A stretch of 64,000 bases of DNA, from positions 930,001-994,000 of the forward strand of contig NZ_JMCB01000006.1 of NCBI RefSeq assembly GCF_000737315.1, written 5' to 3'. The DNA comes from Hyalangium minutum. GTDB lineage: Bacteria > Myxococcota > Myxococcia > Myxococcales > Myxococcaceae. A program made the translations under genes and the position numbers. A model generated the notes under the pieces. That model was given only the letters and a program-made list of their open reading frames with translations, did no database searches and was not told the origin of the DNA. Positions 17,538 to 27,685 of the stretch are shown here, one piece after another (within the stretch, counting starts at the first letter, position 1; each line of letters begins with the position of its first letter).

Positions 17538-17954
17538 CTACACCTGGGTCTTCACCACGTCCTTGATGCCGCTGGTGGCCTTCTCGACCACCTTGCTCGT
17601 CAGGTCCAACTCCAGCGTGTACTTGTACATGGACGCCTGCAGCGACAGCAGCTCCGCGTTCGAGAACGACTTGCCCGACACGCCCGCGCTGATCAGCGCG
17701 TCCAGGCGCGCCTGTCCCTGCTCCAGGTCGCTCACCACGCCGGACACCAGGTTCAGAGTGGTGCGCTCCGGCTTCGCGACGCTCTCCACCGGGCTCACGG
17801 ACTCCGCAACGGGTACCGGCTGCGCCTTCCCGGCCTTGTCCGCGAGCACCGCGTCAAACTTCGACTCGCCCGACTTGCTCACCTGGGGCGCTGCCTGATC
17901 CGGAAGTTGCTGCATCCGCTGCGTGGCCGCGATTCCCATCATCGGATCCGTCAT
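17538..17954 (-). CDS. T3SS inner-rod/needle-like protein (SctI/EscI/HrpB2-like), orphan
   Basis: C-terminal ELLSLQASMYKYTLELDLTSKVVEKATSGIKDVVKTQ fits the rod/needle subunit signature and follows a low-complexity N-terminus. ATG at 17954. Confidence 0.7.
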   Translation of the reverse strand: MTDPMMGIAATQRMQQLPDQAAPQVSKSGESKFDAVLADKAGKAQPVPVAESVSPVESVAKPERTTLNLVSGVVSDLEQGQARLDALISAGVSGKSFSNAELLSLQASMYKYTLELDLTSKVVEKATSGIKDVVKTQV

Positions 17955-18033
17955 GGCTCTGGCTCCCGCGAAGTGTTGACTCGGTGCCAGTATCCCCTCA
18001 ATGGCTGACACCCAAGGGCGATACACTGAGGGC

Positions 18034-19113
18034 ATGTCATGGGCCCTTGCGCTGCTGACCTCCTCCCTCCTGGCTCAAACCCCTCCGCCCGTCACCTCCA
18101 CGGTCGAGGTCAAGCTGCCCTTCGTCTCCACCCTCCACGTCGAGAACGATGTGCTCGCCAAGAGCGACCGCTTCTACTCGAACGGCATCCGCCTGGAGCA
18201 CTCGGGTGAGTACGATCGGTGCCGCGATCTCGCGCTCGCTCTCGGCTTCCCAGGCAGCATCGAGGACCGGTACCCGTGCGGCGGCTCGCTGGCGCAGAAC
18301 ATGTACACGCCCAACCGCATCGTCCCCAATGAAGGCGAGGAGCCCTGGCCCAATCCGGATGACAGGCCCTATGGCGGATGGCTCCACGCGGGCCTCCTGT
18401 TCCAGTACCTCCATGCGGCCGAGCGGCCTGTGGACTCCTCTCGGCTCACGCTCCAGGCCACCGTCGGCGTGACCGGCCCGGCCGCCTTCGCGGGAGAGAC
18501 GCAGCGCGCATGGCACTCGGCGCTCAATCACATCTTCGGCCGCACCGTGGCCAAGCTCCCCATCGGCTGGGAGAAGCAGCTGCCCACCGAGCCTGCCTTC
18601 CACCTTTCCGTGCTGCGCGAGAAGACCCTGCTGTGGAGCCCCTATGTGGACGCCTCCTGGTCCGCGGGCGCCATGCTCGGCACGGTGTTCGTCAATGCGA
18701 GCCTCGGTGCCACCGTGCGCGCTGGTGTGCTCGCGCGGCCGTTCGGGCTCGCGCCCATCATGCCCTCCGTTCGCCGCGTGAAGCAGGCCCAGGGCGCGGC
18801 GGAAGGTCAGCCTGTGGAGGCGAGTGCGCAGCCCGAGACCCCGGAGCGCATCTGGGAGGCGTACTTCTTCGCGCGCGGACAAGCGCGGTTCGTGGCGCGC
18901 AACCTGTTCCTGGATGGGACCCTCTTCCTCCCCAGCGTCAGCGTGCGCAAGACGCCCTTCGTGGGGGACAGCGAGTTCGGTGGGGCCGTGCGCACCGGCG
19001 GCTTCCAGCTCGACCTGAGTATGGTCTTCCGCTCACAGGAGATGGCCGAGCCCCCCAATGGCCGGGTCTCCGGCCACCGCTTCACGCAGATCCAGCTCTC
19101 GTACCTGCACTGA
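18034..19113 (+). CDS. lpxR: Lipid A 3-O-deacylase LpxR family (DUF2219) outer-membrane beta-barrel
   Basis: ENDV...DRFYSNG, QNMYTP, DRPYGGWL, GVTGP...ETQRAWH, VARNLFLDG. Signal peptide present. Confidence 0.82.
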   Translation: MSWALALLTSSLLAQTPPPVTSTVEVKLPFVSTLHVENDVLAKSDRFYSNGIRLEHSGEYDRCRDLALALGFPGSIEDRYPCGGSLAQNMYTPNRIVPNEGEEPWPNPDDRPYGGWLHAGLLFQYLHAAERPVDSSRLTLQATVGVTGPAAFAGETQRAWHSALNHIFGRTVAKLPIGWEKQLPTEPAFHLSVLREKTLLWSPYVDASWSAGAMLGTVFVNASLGATVRAGVLARPFGLAPIMPSVRRVKQAQGAAEGQPVEASAQPETPERIWEAYFFARGQARFVARNLFLDGTLFLPSVSVRKTPFVGDSEFGGAVRTGGFQLDLSMVFRSQEMAEPPNGRVSGHRFTQIQLSYLH

Positions 19114-19124
19114 GGCGGCTCGCC

Positions 19125-22100
19125 TCAGGAGTGCGTGAGCTGTACCGAGAGCGAGGCCTCCGGTGGGCGGTGGCTCCACGTATGGAAGGACTCGCGGAAC
19201 TCGTCCACGGTTCGCGCCATGGGGCTGCCGGCCTTGGCGGAGAGGGCCTCTGCTCCTCCATGCTCCCGGGTGGAGAGGCCGATGATGAAGGGGCCCTCGG
19301 GCCGCTCGTTTGGGAAGGGCCGAGCGAAGAGCCGCCGGTCTCCCTCCAGCCGGTACACCAGCGCCGTGAGGTGCCCGAGCACCCAGCCCGCCGCCGCCGC
19401 TCGCGCTTCGGAGGAGGGCGCTTCGATGGACACCACCAAGCGCGCCGAGGCCACTCCCGAGAAGTCCACGCGCTCGAACAGCGCCTCCCAGGACGCCTCC
19501 GTTTCCTCCGTCCGCGCCCGCTGGACGAGCTCGCGCGCCCGGGTGAGCTCCTCCCGAAGCACCTGAAGCGCCGAGCGCGAGACGTTGCGCGCCGTGTTCC
19601 TCGGCGGCAGCGCTGGCGCCACGATGGGCATCAGGTCCCGCTTCCCTTCCGGGTGATAGCGCGCCGTCTCGGGTGTCACCGTGACTGGCTGTGGCCAGCG
19701 CCAGGAGGCGAAGGTCTCGAAGAAGTGCGCGAGCAGCCGCTCGTCCGTGCTCGCCGCTTCCCGAGGCGCTCGCAGGCTGCTCCACGCCGCCATCACGGCC
19801 CATGACAGTCCGCCCAGGTAGCCCAGTGCGTGCGAGTACACCCCTCGCGCCTTGGCCCAGGCCCGCACGGCGCGTAGCACGGCGCGGAAGCGCTCGAGGC
19901 CCGCACCTTCTCGCTTCACGGCTTCGAGCAGTGCGGTCGTGTCCGCCCAGCCGTTGAGCGAGCGGAAGCCCGCTGTGTCCAGCCGCGCTCCATGTCGCTC
20001 TAGCAATTCGGGGGGAGGGCATGGCTCCACGCCCTCGGGGCGGCTCGCGTAAGACACGTCGAAGTGCACGCCACCGAGCGACAGCTTCACCATGGGAATG
20101 GCCGCGTCTGCCACGAAGCGCCCACTCGTGGTCGGGTCCTCCAGGGCCAGCGCCGAGAGGAGCGCCTGCGCGAAGTCCTCTCGTGAGAGGTGAGTGGGCC
20201 CCACTGCTACGGCATCCACGTCACTGCCCGCGCTGCCCGTCCCGAGCAGATACGAGCCATAGGGGTGGAGCTGCAGCCCGAGCCCGCTGCAGACAGCCTC
20301 GAGCCGGCTCACCGCCTCCGTGCGCTTCTGCCGCGCGTCCTCGGACTCCCACTCCCCGCGCGACACCAACACGGAGCGCAAGAGCCCCGTCTTCTCCTGA
20401 GGAGCAGGGGCTCCCTCGGCAGGGTCTGGCTTCTTCGTCGTTGGGGTTCCGGAGCCCGAGTTCGAGCCCGAACCTGGGCCTGTCCGTTTCCCCCCGCCGA
20501 GCTGCACGCGGCGCCGCACCTCGAAGGGACCCTCTCCCCTTCGGCTGATCAGGCACACCTCATGTGCTTCGAAGGTGAAGGGCTTCCAGTTCTGCTCCCA
20601 GGCCGAGAGCGTGCGCCGGATCTCCGCGGGGCTCGAGCGCGGGAGCTGCCCGACGCTCAAGTGGGGAGTGAAGCCGTTCTCCGACTTGCGGCCCTGTTCA
20701 TCGCACTGAGGAAGTGCATTCTGGAGCGAGGCCTGGAGCGCCTTGATCGCACCGTGAGGGCGATCCTCCGGGCTCAGCCACGCCGTCACGCTGCCCCGGT
20801 GCTCGAAGTGGCTGAAGCCAGAGAGCGTCACCTGGAAGGGCTCCAGCTCCCGGAGCGCCTCGGTGATGAGCGCCTCCGCCTCATCGAAGTGCTCTTCCGG
20901 AACGAACGGATAGAGCAGCGTCACGTGGGGCATCCAGCGCTCATACGTCCGGTCGTACTTGGAGCGCAGCGTCTCGATGGGGCCCCACAGCTCCTCGGGA
21001 GGAATGAGCACCACGGCCGACTGATGCACGGGCGGCACCGAGAGCACTCGGGGAGGACCTTGCAAGGGCACAGGTGCTGGACGCTCACGCGAGGAAGTCT
21101 CTCGGGCCAGCGTGCAGCTCAGCCCGAAGTGGTCCGACACGAAGAGCGGACCCCCTCCAGGCGCAGGACGGCCGGACAGGGGCTCTTCGCCAAACAGGCT
21201 CGTCTCGCGAGGCTTGAGCCGTCCGGAGGGGCTGCGGATCATCAGGTGATCGAAACGCTGACTCTGCCCCGCGGAGGTGGTCTGGGCTGCCAGCCGATTG
21301 CTCGCCGGATCGTACGTGTATCCCGGCTCTCCGGGGCGCAGCACCTTCCAGGCGTCGCTGAAGCCCGCCTCCTCGAAGGACTGCTCCTCGGGGGCGCCGT
21401 CGCCGAAGTTGAAGTCGCCCAGGATCAGCAGGTCGGGGGCTTCACTTCCTCGGGCCTCCAGGGCTTGCGCTTGGTGGAGCACCGTGCGGATCTGCGCGGC
21501 CCGCGTGGTGCTGCTGTGGGGATCCTTGTTGCTCGTGAGATGCAGCGTGGCCACCCACAGCGGCCCTCCGCGCAGCGCGATTTCTCCGGCGATGGTCCGC
21601 TTGTCGCGAGAGAAGATGGACTGCTCCAGCGAAGCGAAGGGGAAGCGGGACAGGAGCACCACCCCATACGGCGTCACCGTGGTGGCGGCCGGACCATCCG
21701 AGAGGAAGAAGTGCTCGCGAATCCACGGCGTGTCGAGCAGCGCGCGGAGGAAGGAGGGGGTGACCTCCTGCAGCGCGATGATGTCGGCGTCGATCGAGCG
21801 CAGCAGCGAGATGGCCGCAGGCGTGCGCCGGCCCGTGTCCAGCAGCTCCGGCTCGTACAAGTCGAAGAGGACATTGAACGACGCGACCGTGAGCTCGGTG
21901 AGTGCTGGCAGCGTCTCGGGGGGACTCGCCGGAGGCGGCGAGGCTTCGACCCAGGCGGAGGTCTTCGAGTCGAAGCGGTAGAACGGCATGGGGGTAAAGG
22001 GGTGCTTCTCGTGCGCGGGGGGCCGGGGCGGTGGCGGTGAGGCAGGCGCTTCGGGCTCCGGGGGGATGAGCGTGTGCAGCGTGTCGATGCGTTTGGCCCG

Positions 22101-22307
22101 GTCCCACACCACCTCGGAGCCTCGGCGGAAGTACCAGACGCGGTGCCAGGGAATCTCTCCGTCCGGAACGAAGGCCTCCAGCGGCATCTCCTCCATCTGC
22201 TCGGAGTGCGAGTCGTAGCCGATGACGAACTCGCGAGCGTCGAGCCGGGGATCCCAGCGAATGCGATGGTAGACCTCGCGGCTCGTCTTGAAGCGATCCT
22301 GAGACAT
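19125..22307 (-). CDS. Multidomain RNA end-processing protein: MJ1316/DUF504, EEP phosphatase/nuclease, 2H phosphoesterase, eukaryote-type poly(A) polymerase
   Basis: SREVYHRIRWDP...IPWHRV (MJ1316). SFNV/ALQEV/GDFN/SDHF (EEP). PHVTL and PHLSV (2H). GSYLLG...SDVD, RSLNG, RAWAKARGVYS.ALGYLGGLSWA, MPIVAP..P.RNTARNVS (PAP). Start ATG 22307. Confidence 0.9.
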   Translation of the reverse strand: MSQDRFKTSREVYHRIRWDPRLDAREFVIGYDSHSEQMEEMPLEAFVPDGEIPWHRVWYFRRGSEVVWDRAKRIDTLHTLIPPEPEAPASPPPPRPPAHEKHPFTPMPFYRFDSKTSAWVEASPPPASPPETLPALTELTVASFNVLFDLYEPELLDTGRRTPAAISLLRSIDADIIALQEVTPSFLRALLDTPWIREHFFLSDGPAATTVTPYGVVLLSRFPFASLEQSIFSRDKRTIAGEIALRGGPLWVATLHLTSNKDPHSSTTRAAQIRTVLHQAQALEARGSEAPDLLILGDFNFGDGAPEEQSFEEAGFSDAWKVLRPGEPGYTYDPASNRLAAQTTSAGQSQRFDHLMIRSPSGRLKPRETSLFGEEPLSGRPAPGGGPLFVSDHFGLSCTLARETSSRERPAPVPLQGPPRVLSVPPVHQSAVVLIPPEELWGPIETLRSKYDRTYERWMPHVTLLYPFVPEEHFDEAEALITEALRELEPFQVTLSGFSHFEHRGSVTAWLSPEDRPHGAIKALQASLQNALPQCDEQGRKSENGFTPHLSVGQLPRSSPAEIRRTLSAWEQNWKPFTFEAHEVCLISRRGEGPFEVRRRVQLGGGKRTGPGSGSNSGSGTPTTKKPDPAEGAPAPQEKTGLLRSVLVSRGEWESEDARQKRTEAVSRLEAVCSGLGLQLHPYGSYLLGTGSAGSDVDAVAVGPTHLSREDFAQALLSALALEDPTTSGRFVADAAIPMVKLSLGGVHFDVSYASRPEGVEPCPPPELLERHGARLDTAGFRSLNGWADTTALLEAVKREGAGLERFRAVLRAVRAWAKARGVYSHALGYLGGLSWAVMAAWSSLRAPREAASTDERLLAHFFETFASWRWPQPVTVTPETARYHPEGKRDLMPIVAPALPPRNTARNVSRSALQVLREELTRARELVQRARTEETEASWEALFERVDFSGVASARLVVSIEAPSSEARAAAAGWVLGHLTALVYRLEGDRRLFARPFPNERPEGPFIIGLSTREHGGAEALSAKAGSPMARTVDEFRESFHTWSHRPPEASLSVQLTHS

Positions 22308-22758
22308 GGCGACAGCCCTCGAGAAGGAGAGGAGGACTCGGAGGGCTCTCGGTTCCAGAGCCGGCCTCAGCCGAGCGTACGCGGGAAGGCCCCCGCGCGC
22401 CGCACCTGGACGCCCCCCTCGTGAAGAGGCTGACACCCCATCATCCGGGGGACGTTGCCGCGAATCCGGTCCGTCAATCCGTCATCCCTCTTCACGCACC
22501 GTGCGGTACCCGCAGCGGATCCCAGTGACATGAAACGGCGGCGCAGGGACGAGCGAGACCTGGGTTCTCGCCGCACATCCGGTGCTGTTACCACTCAATC
22601 GCTACACCTCCGCCGCAGATCTCCAAGCCCGTTGCGCGAAACGCGGGTGCGCCAAGGTTCTCGAATCCCAGAAGTGATGAGTAGTGGCCGCCACAAATCG
22701 GGGAAGGTCAGCAAGACGGAGGAAATGGGACATGCCCCAACGACGACGCAACCAAGGA

Positions 22759-25557
22759 ATGAAGAGCCACGCGCGCTCAAGTCTGGGCGCCGCACTTCTG
22801 GGTCTGGCGGTAGGAGGAGGATGTAGCCTGACGAGCTCGGGGGACGACGCGAACACTCGCGGCTCGGCCAACCTCGATGATCGCTGCGAGGTGGTGCCGC
22901 CTTTCACGCCGAACTTCGAGCCCGAGCTTCAGTGGGCCTGGACGGGCAGCCCGGTGCTGCCTCAGTTCAACCAGGTGATGATGACGCCGGCCGTCGCCGA
23001 CGTGAACCAGGACGGCATCCCGGACATCATCTTCAGCTCGTTCGGGGACATTCCGAACGATGACTTCGACTGGCGCGAGGGTGTGCTGCGCGCCATCAGC
23101 GGCAACGACGGGCATGACCTGTGGACCGTCACGGATCCGGCCTACCGCATCAAGGCCGCCGCCAGCATCGCGGTGGGTGACATCGACAACGACGGCAAGG
23201 TGGAGATCTGCGGCATCCCGATGGATGGCCGCGGCATCATCTGCTACGAGAACGACGGCACCTTCAAGTTCCGCACGGCCCCGGACGCGTTCGACTACAA
23301 CGAGTGGGGCGGGCCCTCGCTGGCGGACCTCGACGGTGACGGCACCGTGGAGATCCTCAACGGCAACCGCGTGTACAGCAACACGGGCGCGCTGAAGTGG
23401 GTGGGCTCGGATGGCATGGGCGGTGCGCAGTACACCGGCCCGGTGTCCTTCGCTGCGGACATTGACGGTGACGGCAGCCAGGAGGTCATCAACGGCCGCT
23501 CCGTCTACCGCGCCAATGGCAGCCTGAAGTGCGCCAACACCACCATCGCCTCGGGCTTGTCGGCGGTGGGCAACTTCGACGGCGACACGAAGGGTGAGAT
23601 CGTCGTGTCGGGCCACGGCAAGGTGAGCTTGCTGGATGACGACTGCACGCTGCTGTGGACGGCGACCATCCCCGGCGGCTGCATCAACGGCTGTGGCGGC
23701 GCGCCCACGCTGGCGGACCTGGACCATGATGGGCAGCCCGAGGTGGCGGTGGTGGGCGAGAACGCGATCAGCGTCTTCGAGACCAACGGCGCCTTGAAGT
23801 GGACGAGCACCGTGCAGGACTGGAGCTCCGGCAAGTCCAGCAGCAGCGTGTTCGACTTCGAGGACGATGGGAACCTCGAGCTCGTCTACGCGGACGAGGT
23901 GTCGCTGCGCATCTACAACGGTGCCACCGGCGCCATCCGCTGGCAGACGCGCCACAGCACGGGCACCACGCACGAGAACCCGGTCATCGCGGACGTGGAC
24001 GGCGACCTGGCCGCGGACATCGTCGTGGCGGCCAATGATTTGGCCTACGCGCCCTACCACGGCATCCGCGTGTACCACGACCGGCTCGAGGGCTGGGCGC
24101 GCACGCGGGGCATCTGGAACCAGCACGCGTACTCCATCACCAACGTGAACAACGACGGCACCATCCCCGCTCACCCAGTGACTTACTGGACGCAGCCTCG
24201 GCTCAACACCTTCCACTCCAACGTGGCCAACCACTTCGGGAATGGCGAGAGCCCGTACGCCGCGCCGGACTTCGCCGTCTCGCAGGTGAGCGCCTCGTGC
24301 GATGGCTCCACGCTGAACATCGCTGGCACCATCGCCAACCAGGGCGACACCGCCGTGGCCGCCGGGCTCAAGGTGGCCTTCTATCGGGGCGCTCCCGGCT
24401 CGGGCGGCTCGCTGCTGGGTGTGACGACCGTTCCCTCTCCCATTCCCGCGGGCGGCACCGCCACTGTGACGCTGTCGGTGGGCTCGCAGCCTTCGGGTGG
24501 CTCCAACCAGGTGTTCCTCGTCGCGGATGACGACGGCACGGGCGCGGGCCGCGATACCGAGTGCGACGAGGCCAACAACAGCGCCTCGGGCAGCGTGGAC
24601 TTCTCGTGCGGCGCGCCTTCGGCCAACCAGCCGCCGGTCGCCATCTGCCGCAACGTCACCGTCAACGCGGACGCCTCGTGCCAGGGCACCGGCTCCGTGA
24701 ACAACGGCAGCTATGATCCGGACGGCCAGCCCGGTCCGTTCTCCGTGACCGAGTCCCCGTCTGGCTCCTTCGGCCTGGGCAGTCACCCCGTCACCGTGAC
24801 GGCCAACGATGGCGCCGCCACCGCCCAGTGCGTGGGCACCCTCACCGTGGTGGATGCCACGCCGCCAGCCGTGAGCTGCCCGGCGCCCATCGTCCTCAAC
24901 GCCTGCGGGGAGGGCGGTCCCGTGGCGAACTTCGACGTCACCGCGGCGGACAACTGCGGCGCGGCGACGGTCACCTGCTCGCACGCGTCGGGCGCCAGCT
25001 TCCCGGTGGGTACCACGACTGTCACCTGCACGGCTGCGGACGGGCAGGGCAACACGGCCTCGTGCTCGTTCCCCGTCACGGTGGGCAGCGAGGGCTCCTC
25101 CGGCACGCCCACCCCGGGCGCGGATCTGGGCACCGAGCTGTGGCCGCCCAACCACAAGTACGTGAACATCTCGCTGTCCGACTGCGCGGCTCCGGCGCAG
25201 GACTCGTGCGGTGGCGCGCTGCCAGCGGACCAGTACGGCACCATCCTCGGCGTCAGCTCGGACGAGGTGGAGGACGAGAACGGCAACGGCGACGGCCACA
25301 CCTGCGATGACATCGTCATCTCCGCGGACGGCAAGTTCGTGCAGGTCCGCGCCGAGCGTGAAGGCACCGGGGACGGCCGCGTCTACACCGTCCGCTACGC
25401 CATCACGAGCCCGTCGGGCGGCACCGCCCAGAGCACCTGCCACGTGTACGTGCCGCACGATCAGTCCGACAACCACCCGGTGGTGGACAGCGGCGTGCAC
25501 TACTGCGTCGGCCAGGGTTGCCCGGCTGGCACCAGCGGCAGCCCGCTGTGCGAATGA
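22759..25557 (+). CDS. FG-GAP/VCBS beta-propeller lipoprotein with CARDB-like and HYR-like domains
   Basis: Lipobox GGGC, repeated ADxDxDGxxEI loops, PDFAVSQ...ECDEANN, CSHASGASFPVGTTTVTC. Start ATG 22759. Confidence 0.87.
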   Translation: MKSHARSSLGAALLGLAVGGGCSLTSSGDDANTRGSANLDDRCEVVPPFTPNFEPELQWAWTGSPVLPQFNQVMMTPAVADVNQDGIPDIIFSSFGDIPNDDFDWREGVLRAISGNDGHDLWTVTDPAYRIKAAASIAVGDIDNDGKVEICGIPMDGRGIICYENDGTFKFRTAPDAFDYNEWGGPSLADLDGDGTVEILNGNRVYSNTGALKWVGSDGMGGAQYTGPVSFAADIDGDGSQEVINGRSVYRANGSLKCANTTIASGLSAVGNFDGDTKGEIVVSGHGKVSLLDDDCTLLWTATIPGGCINGCGGAPTLADLDHDGQPEVAVVGENAISVFETNGALKWTSTVQDWSSGKSSSSVFDFEDDGNLELVYADEVSLRIYNGATGAIRWQTRHSTGTTHENPVIADVDGDLAADIVVAANDLAYAPYHGIRVYHDRLEGWARTRGIWNQHAYSITNVNNDGTIPAHPVTYWTQPRLNTFHSNVANHFGNGESPYAAPDFAVSQVSASCDGSTLNIAGTIANQGDTAVAAGLKVAFYRGAPGSGGSLLGVTTVPSPIPAGGTATVTLSVGSQPSGGSNQVFLVADDDGTGAGRDTECDEANNSASGSVDFSCGAPSANQPPVAICRNVTVNADASCQGTGSVNNGSYDPDGQPGPFSVTESPSGSFGLGSHPVTVTANDGAATAQCVGTLTVVDATPPAVSCPAPIVLNACGEGGPVANFDVTAADNCGAATVTCSHASGASFPVGTTTVTCTAADGQGNTASCSFPVTVGSEGSSGTPTPGADLGTELWPPNHKYVNISLSDCAAPAQDSCGGALPADQYGTILGVSSDEVEDENGNGDGHTCDDIVISADGKFVQVRAEREGTGDGRVYTVRYAITSPSGGTAQSTCHVYVPHDQSDNHPVVDSGVHYCVGQGCPAGTSGSPLCE

Positions 25558-25586
25558 GCCGCTAAAGCCTCCTGCTTCCTGAGGTG

Positions 25587-25631
25587 AACGAGGGTCCGGA
25601 GCCCACAGTGGCTCCGGGCCCTTCGTTTTTG
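25587..25631 (+). terminator. Rho-independent terminator
   Basis: GAGGGTCCGGAGCC-CACAGT-GGCTCCGGGCCCTT stem followed by CGTTTTT. Confidence 0.8.
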
Positions 25632-25678
25632 CCGCGTCGCGCCCGGGGTGCACTAGCATCGGCCCATGGCAACTGGAT

Positions 25679-27631
25679 GTGGCGCCGCTGAGATACGGGA
25701 GAGGAGCGAGGACGGTGCGGCAGAGGGATGGTGACACGCCTCCAGAAGGCGCGCGGCTCCGCCTGGGGACGACTTTCTTCCGTCCAGGCCAGGGCTCCTT
25801 GCCGCCCGTGTTCTCCCCGGACGGCGAGCGGATCCTCGTGGACAACAGCGACAGCCCGCCCAGGCTCCTCATCCTCGATGCGCGGACGGGCCGGCACCTG
25901 GAGACGCTCCGCACGCTCTCGAATGAGCTGGGGCGTCTGCTCGCGATCTGCTGGACAGCCGACGGCATCCGCGTGGCCTGTCAGCTCTATGGCGGACGGC
26001 CCGCCGTCTTGGAGTACCCCCGTGCCACCGTGCGGCAGCTGGAGGCGACCGATCCCGCCTGGACCGACTACGCCGCCTTCTCCGCCGACGGAGAGCGCGT
26101 GGCCATGGTGGATGATCAGGGCGCCGTGCGTGTGTGGAACGCAGCCACCGGGCGCATGTTCGCCCGGGCGCGCCCTCTGACGGGAAGTGTCCAAGGGCCC
26201 GGCGTCCGCAAGGCCGTTGCCATGTCCGCCGATGGGCGGTGCGTGGCCTGGAGCGTCGGCGATACCCGGATCCACCTCTATGATGTGGCTGCGCGGAAGC
26301 TCCGGCCCCCGCTCATGGGGCACATGGAGTCCGTGGCGGAGCTCGCCTTCTCCCCGGATGGGGCCCGCCTGGCCTCGGGCGCGGTGATGGACGAGCCCGT
26401 CATCCGCGTCTGGGACGTGGAGCGCGGCGAGGCGGTGCTGGAGCTGCCCGCCCTGGGCTCACCCTCTTCGCCCCGGGAATTTGGCGCTCCGTGTCCCCGC
26501 TTCGGCTTCATCGGTCCGGGCGCTCGGCTGGCCTGGCTGGATGGCGACGCGCTGCGGACGCGAGACCTGGCCACGGGCGCCGCCACCTCGCTGCCCGTGG
26601 GAGAGGTGCATCCGTATGTCCCGCTCAGTGCGTCGAGGGATGGCACACGTGTGGTGGCTCGCGAGGGATATGCGCTGCGAACGTGGAACCTCGACACGGG
26701 CGAGCCGGATCCCGCCCGCGCCAGCCACTTCCAGCCCGTGAGGACCGTGGCCGTCTCTCCGGATGGGGCGCTCGCGGCGACCTCGGATGACCTCGGCAGC
26801 GTGCGCATCTGGGATCTCGCCTGGGGGCAGGACCTGGGAGAGCTTCCGCTGACCTCTGCCCAGAGCTGCGTGCGCTTCTCTCCGAACGGGCGGTGGCTCG
26901 CAGTGGGGACCGCCGAGGGACAGATCCACCTCTGGTCCCGTGGCGAGGGCCGGGTGCTCCACTCCTTCCCCGCGCATGCCGCCCGCCTCAAGGACCTGGT
27001 CTTCTCCCCGGATGGCGGGTGGCTGACGTCGTGCGCGGATCAGGGCGGGGACATCGCCGTGTGGGCCGTGCCCAGCGGCAAGCGGCGGCGACTGCTCGAG
27101 AGCGGCGCGGAGCACCTCACCGCGCTGGACTGCTCGCCTGACGGGCAGTGGCTGGTGGCGGGCGCCATGGATGGGACGATCCGCTTCTGGAGCGCGCCCG
27201 AGGGCCGCAAGGCGCACGAGGTCCGTGCGCCGGATTCCTCCGTGCACCACGTGCGCTTCTTCCCGGATGCGCGGCGGCTGCTGTCCGTGGGGCTGCTCGA
27301 CTCGGACTCCCATGACGACGGTCCCGGCCAGCCCATGCTGCAGATCTGGCACGCGGAGACGGGCCGGCTGCTCACCTCGCGCAGGGCCCGCTCGCACCTG
27401 CTGGAGGTCTCTCCCGATGGGCGTCAGCTGCTCTACGTCCCGTGGCGCAATCCCGCCCTGTGCGCGGAGGACACCATGACGGGAGAGGAGCCCCGGACGC
27501 TCGTGCTCGTGCCCGAGACGGAGAGCCAGGGCTTCTCTCCAGACCGCAATGTCTGGGTCACGGGGCACCGGGACTGCACGGCGCTCGTCTGGGACCTGGC
27601 GCGCTGGGGGTTCGCTCCCCGCCCCAAGTGA
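25679..27631 (+). CDS. WD40-repeat protein
   Basis: Many FSPDG...SG...IRVWD repeats (GHMESVAELAFSPDG, AHAARLKDLVFSPDG). Ends with TALVWDL. Confidence 0.88.
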   Translation: MAPLRYGRGARTVRQRDGDTPPEGARLRLGTTFFRPGQGSLPPVFSPDGERILVDNSDSPPRLLILDARTGRHLETLRTLSNELGRLLAICWTADGIRVACQLYGGRPAVLEYPRATVRQLEATDPAWTDYAAFSADGERVAMVDDQGAVRVWNAATGRMFARARPLTGSVQGPGVRKAVAMSADGRCVAWSVGDTRIHLYDVAARKLRPPLMGHMESVAELAFSPDGARLASGAVMDEPVIRVWDVERGEAVLELPALGSPSSPREFGAPCPRFGFIGPGARLAWLDGDALRTRDLATGAATSLPVGEVHPYVPLSASRDGTRVVAREGYALRTWNLDTGEPDPARASHFQPVRTVAVSPDGALAATSDDLGSVRIWDLAWGQDLGELPLTSAQSCVRFSPNGRWLAVGTAEGQIHLWSRGEGRVLHSFPAHAARLKDLVFSPDGGWLTSCADQGGDIAVWAVPSGKRRRLLESGAEHLTALDCSPDGQWLVAGAMDGTIRFWSAPEGRKAHEVRAPDSSVHHVRFFPDARRLLSVGLLDSDSHDDGPGQPMLQIWHAETGRLLTSRRARSHLLEVSPDGRQLLYVPWRNPALCAEDTMTGEEPRTLVLVPETESQGFSPDRNVWVTGHRDCTALVWDLARWGFAPRPK

Positions 27632-27685
27632 AGGGGTGGCCGAAAAGGCAGCGGCCCGCTACGCTTGCTCCCAGGAGGACGCGAG

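Noticed and set aside
17538-17954. HrpB ATP-dependent helicase label often attached to such proteins
   Set aside because: The protein is 138 aa with no helicase motifs. The name would be a confusion with T3SS HrpB.
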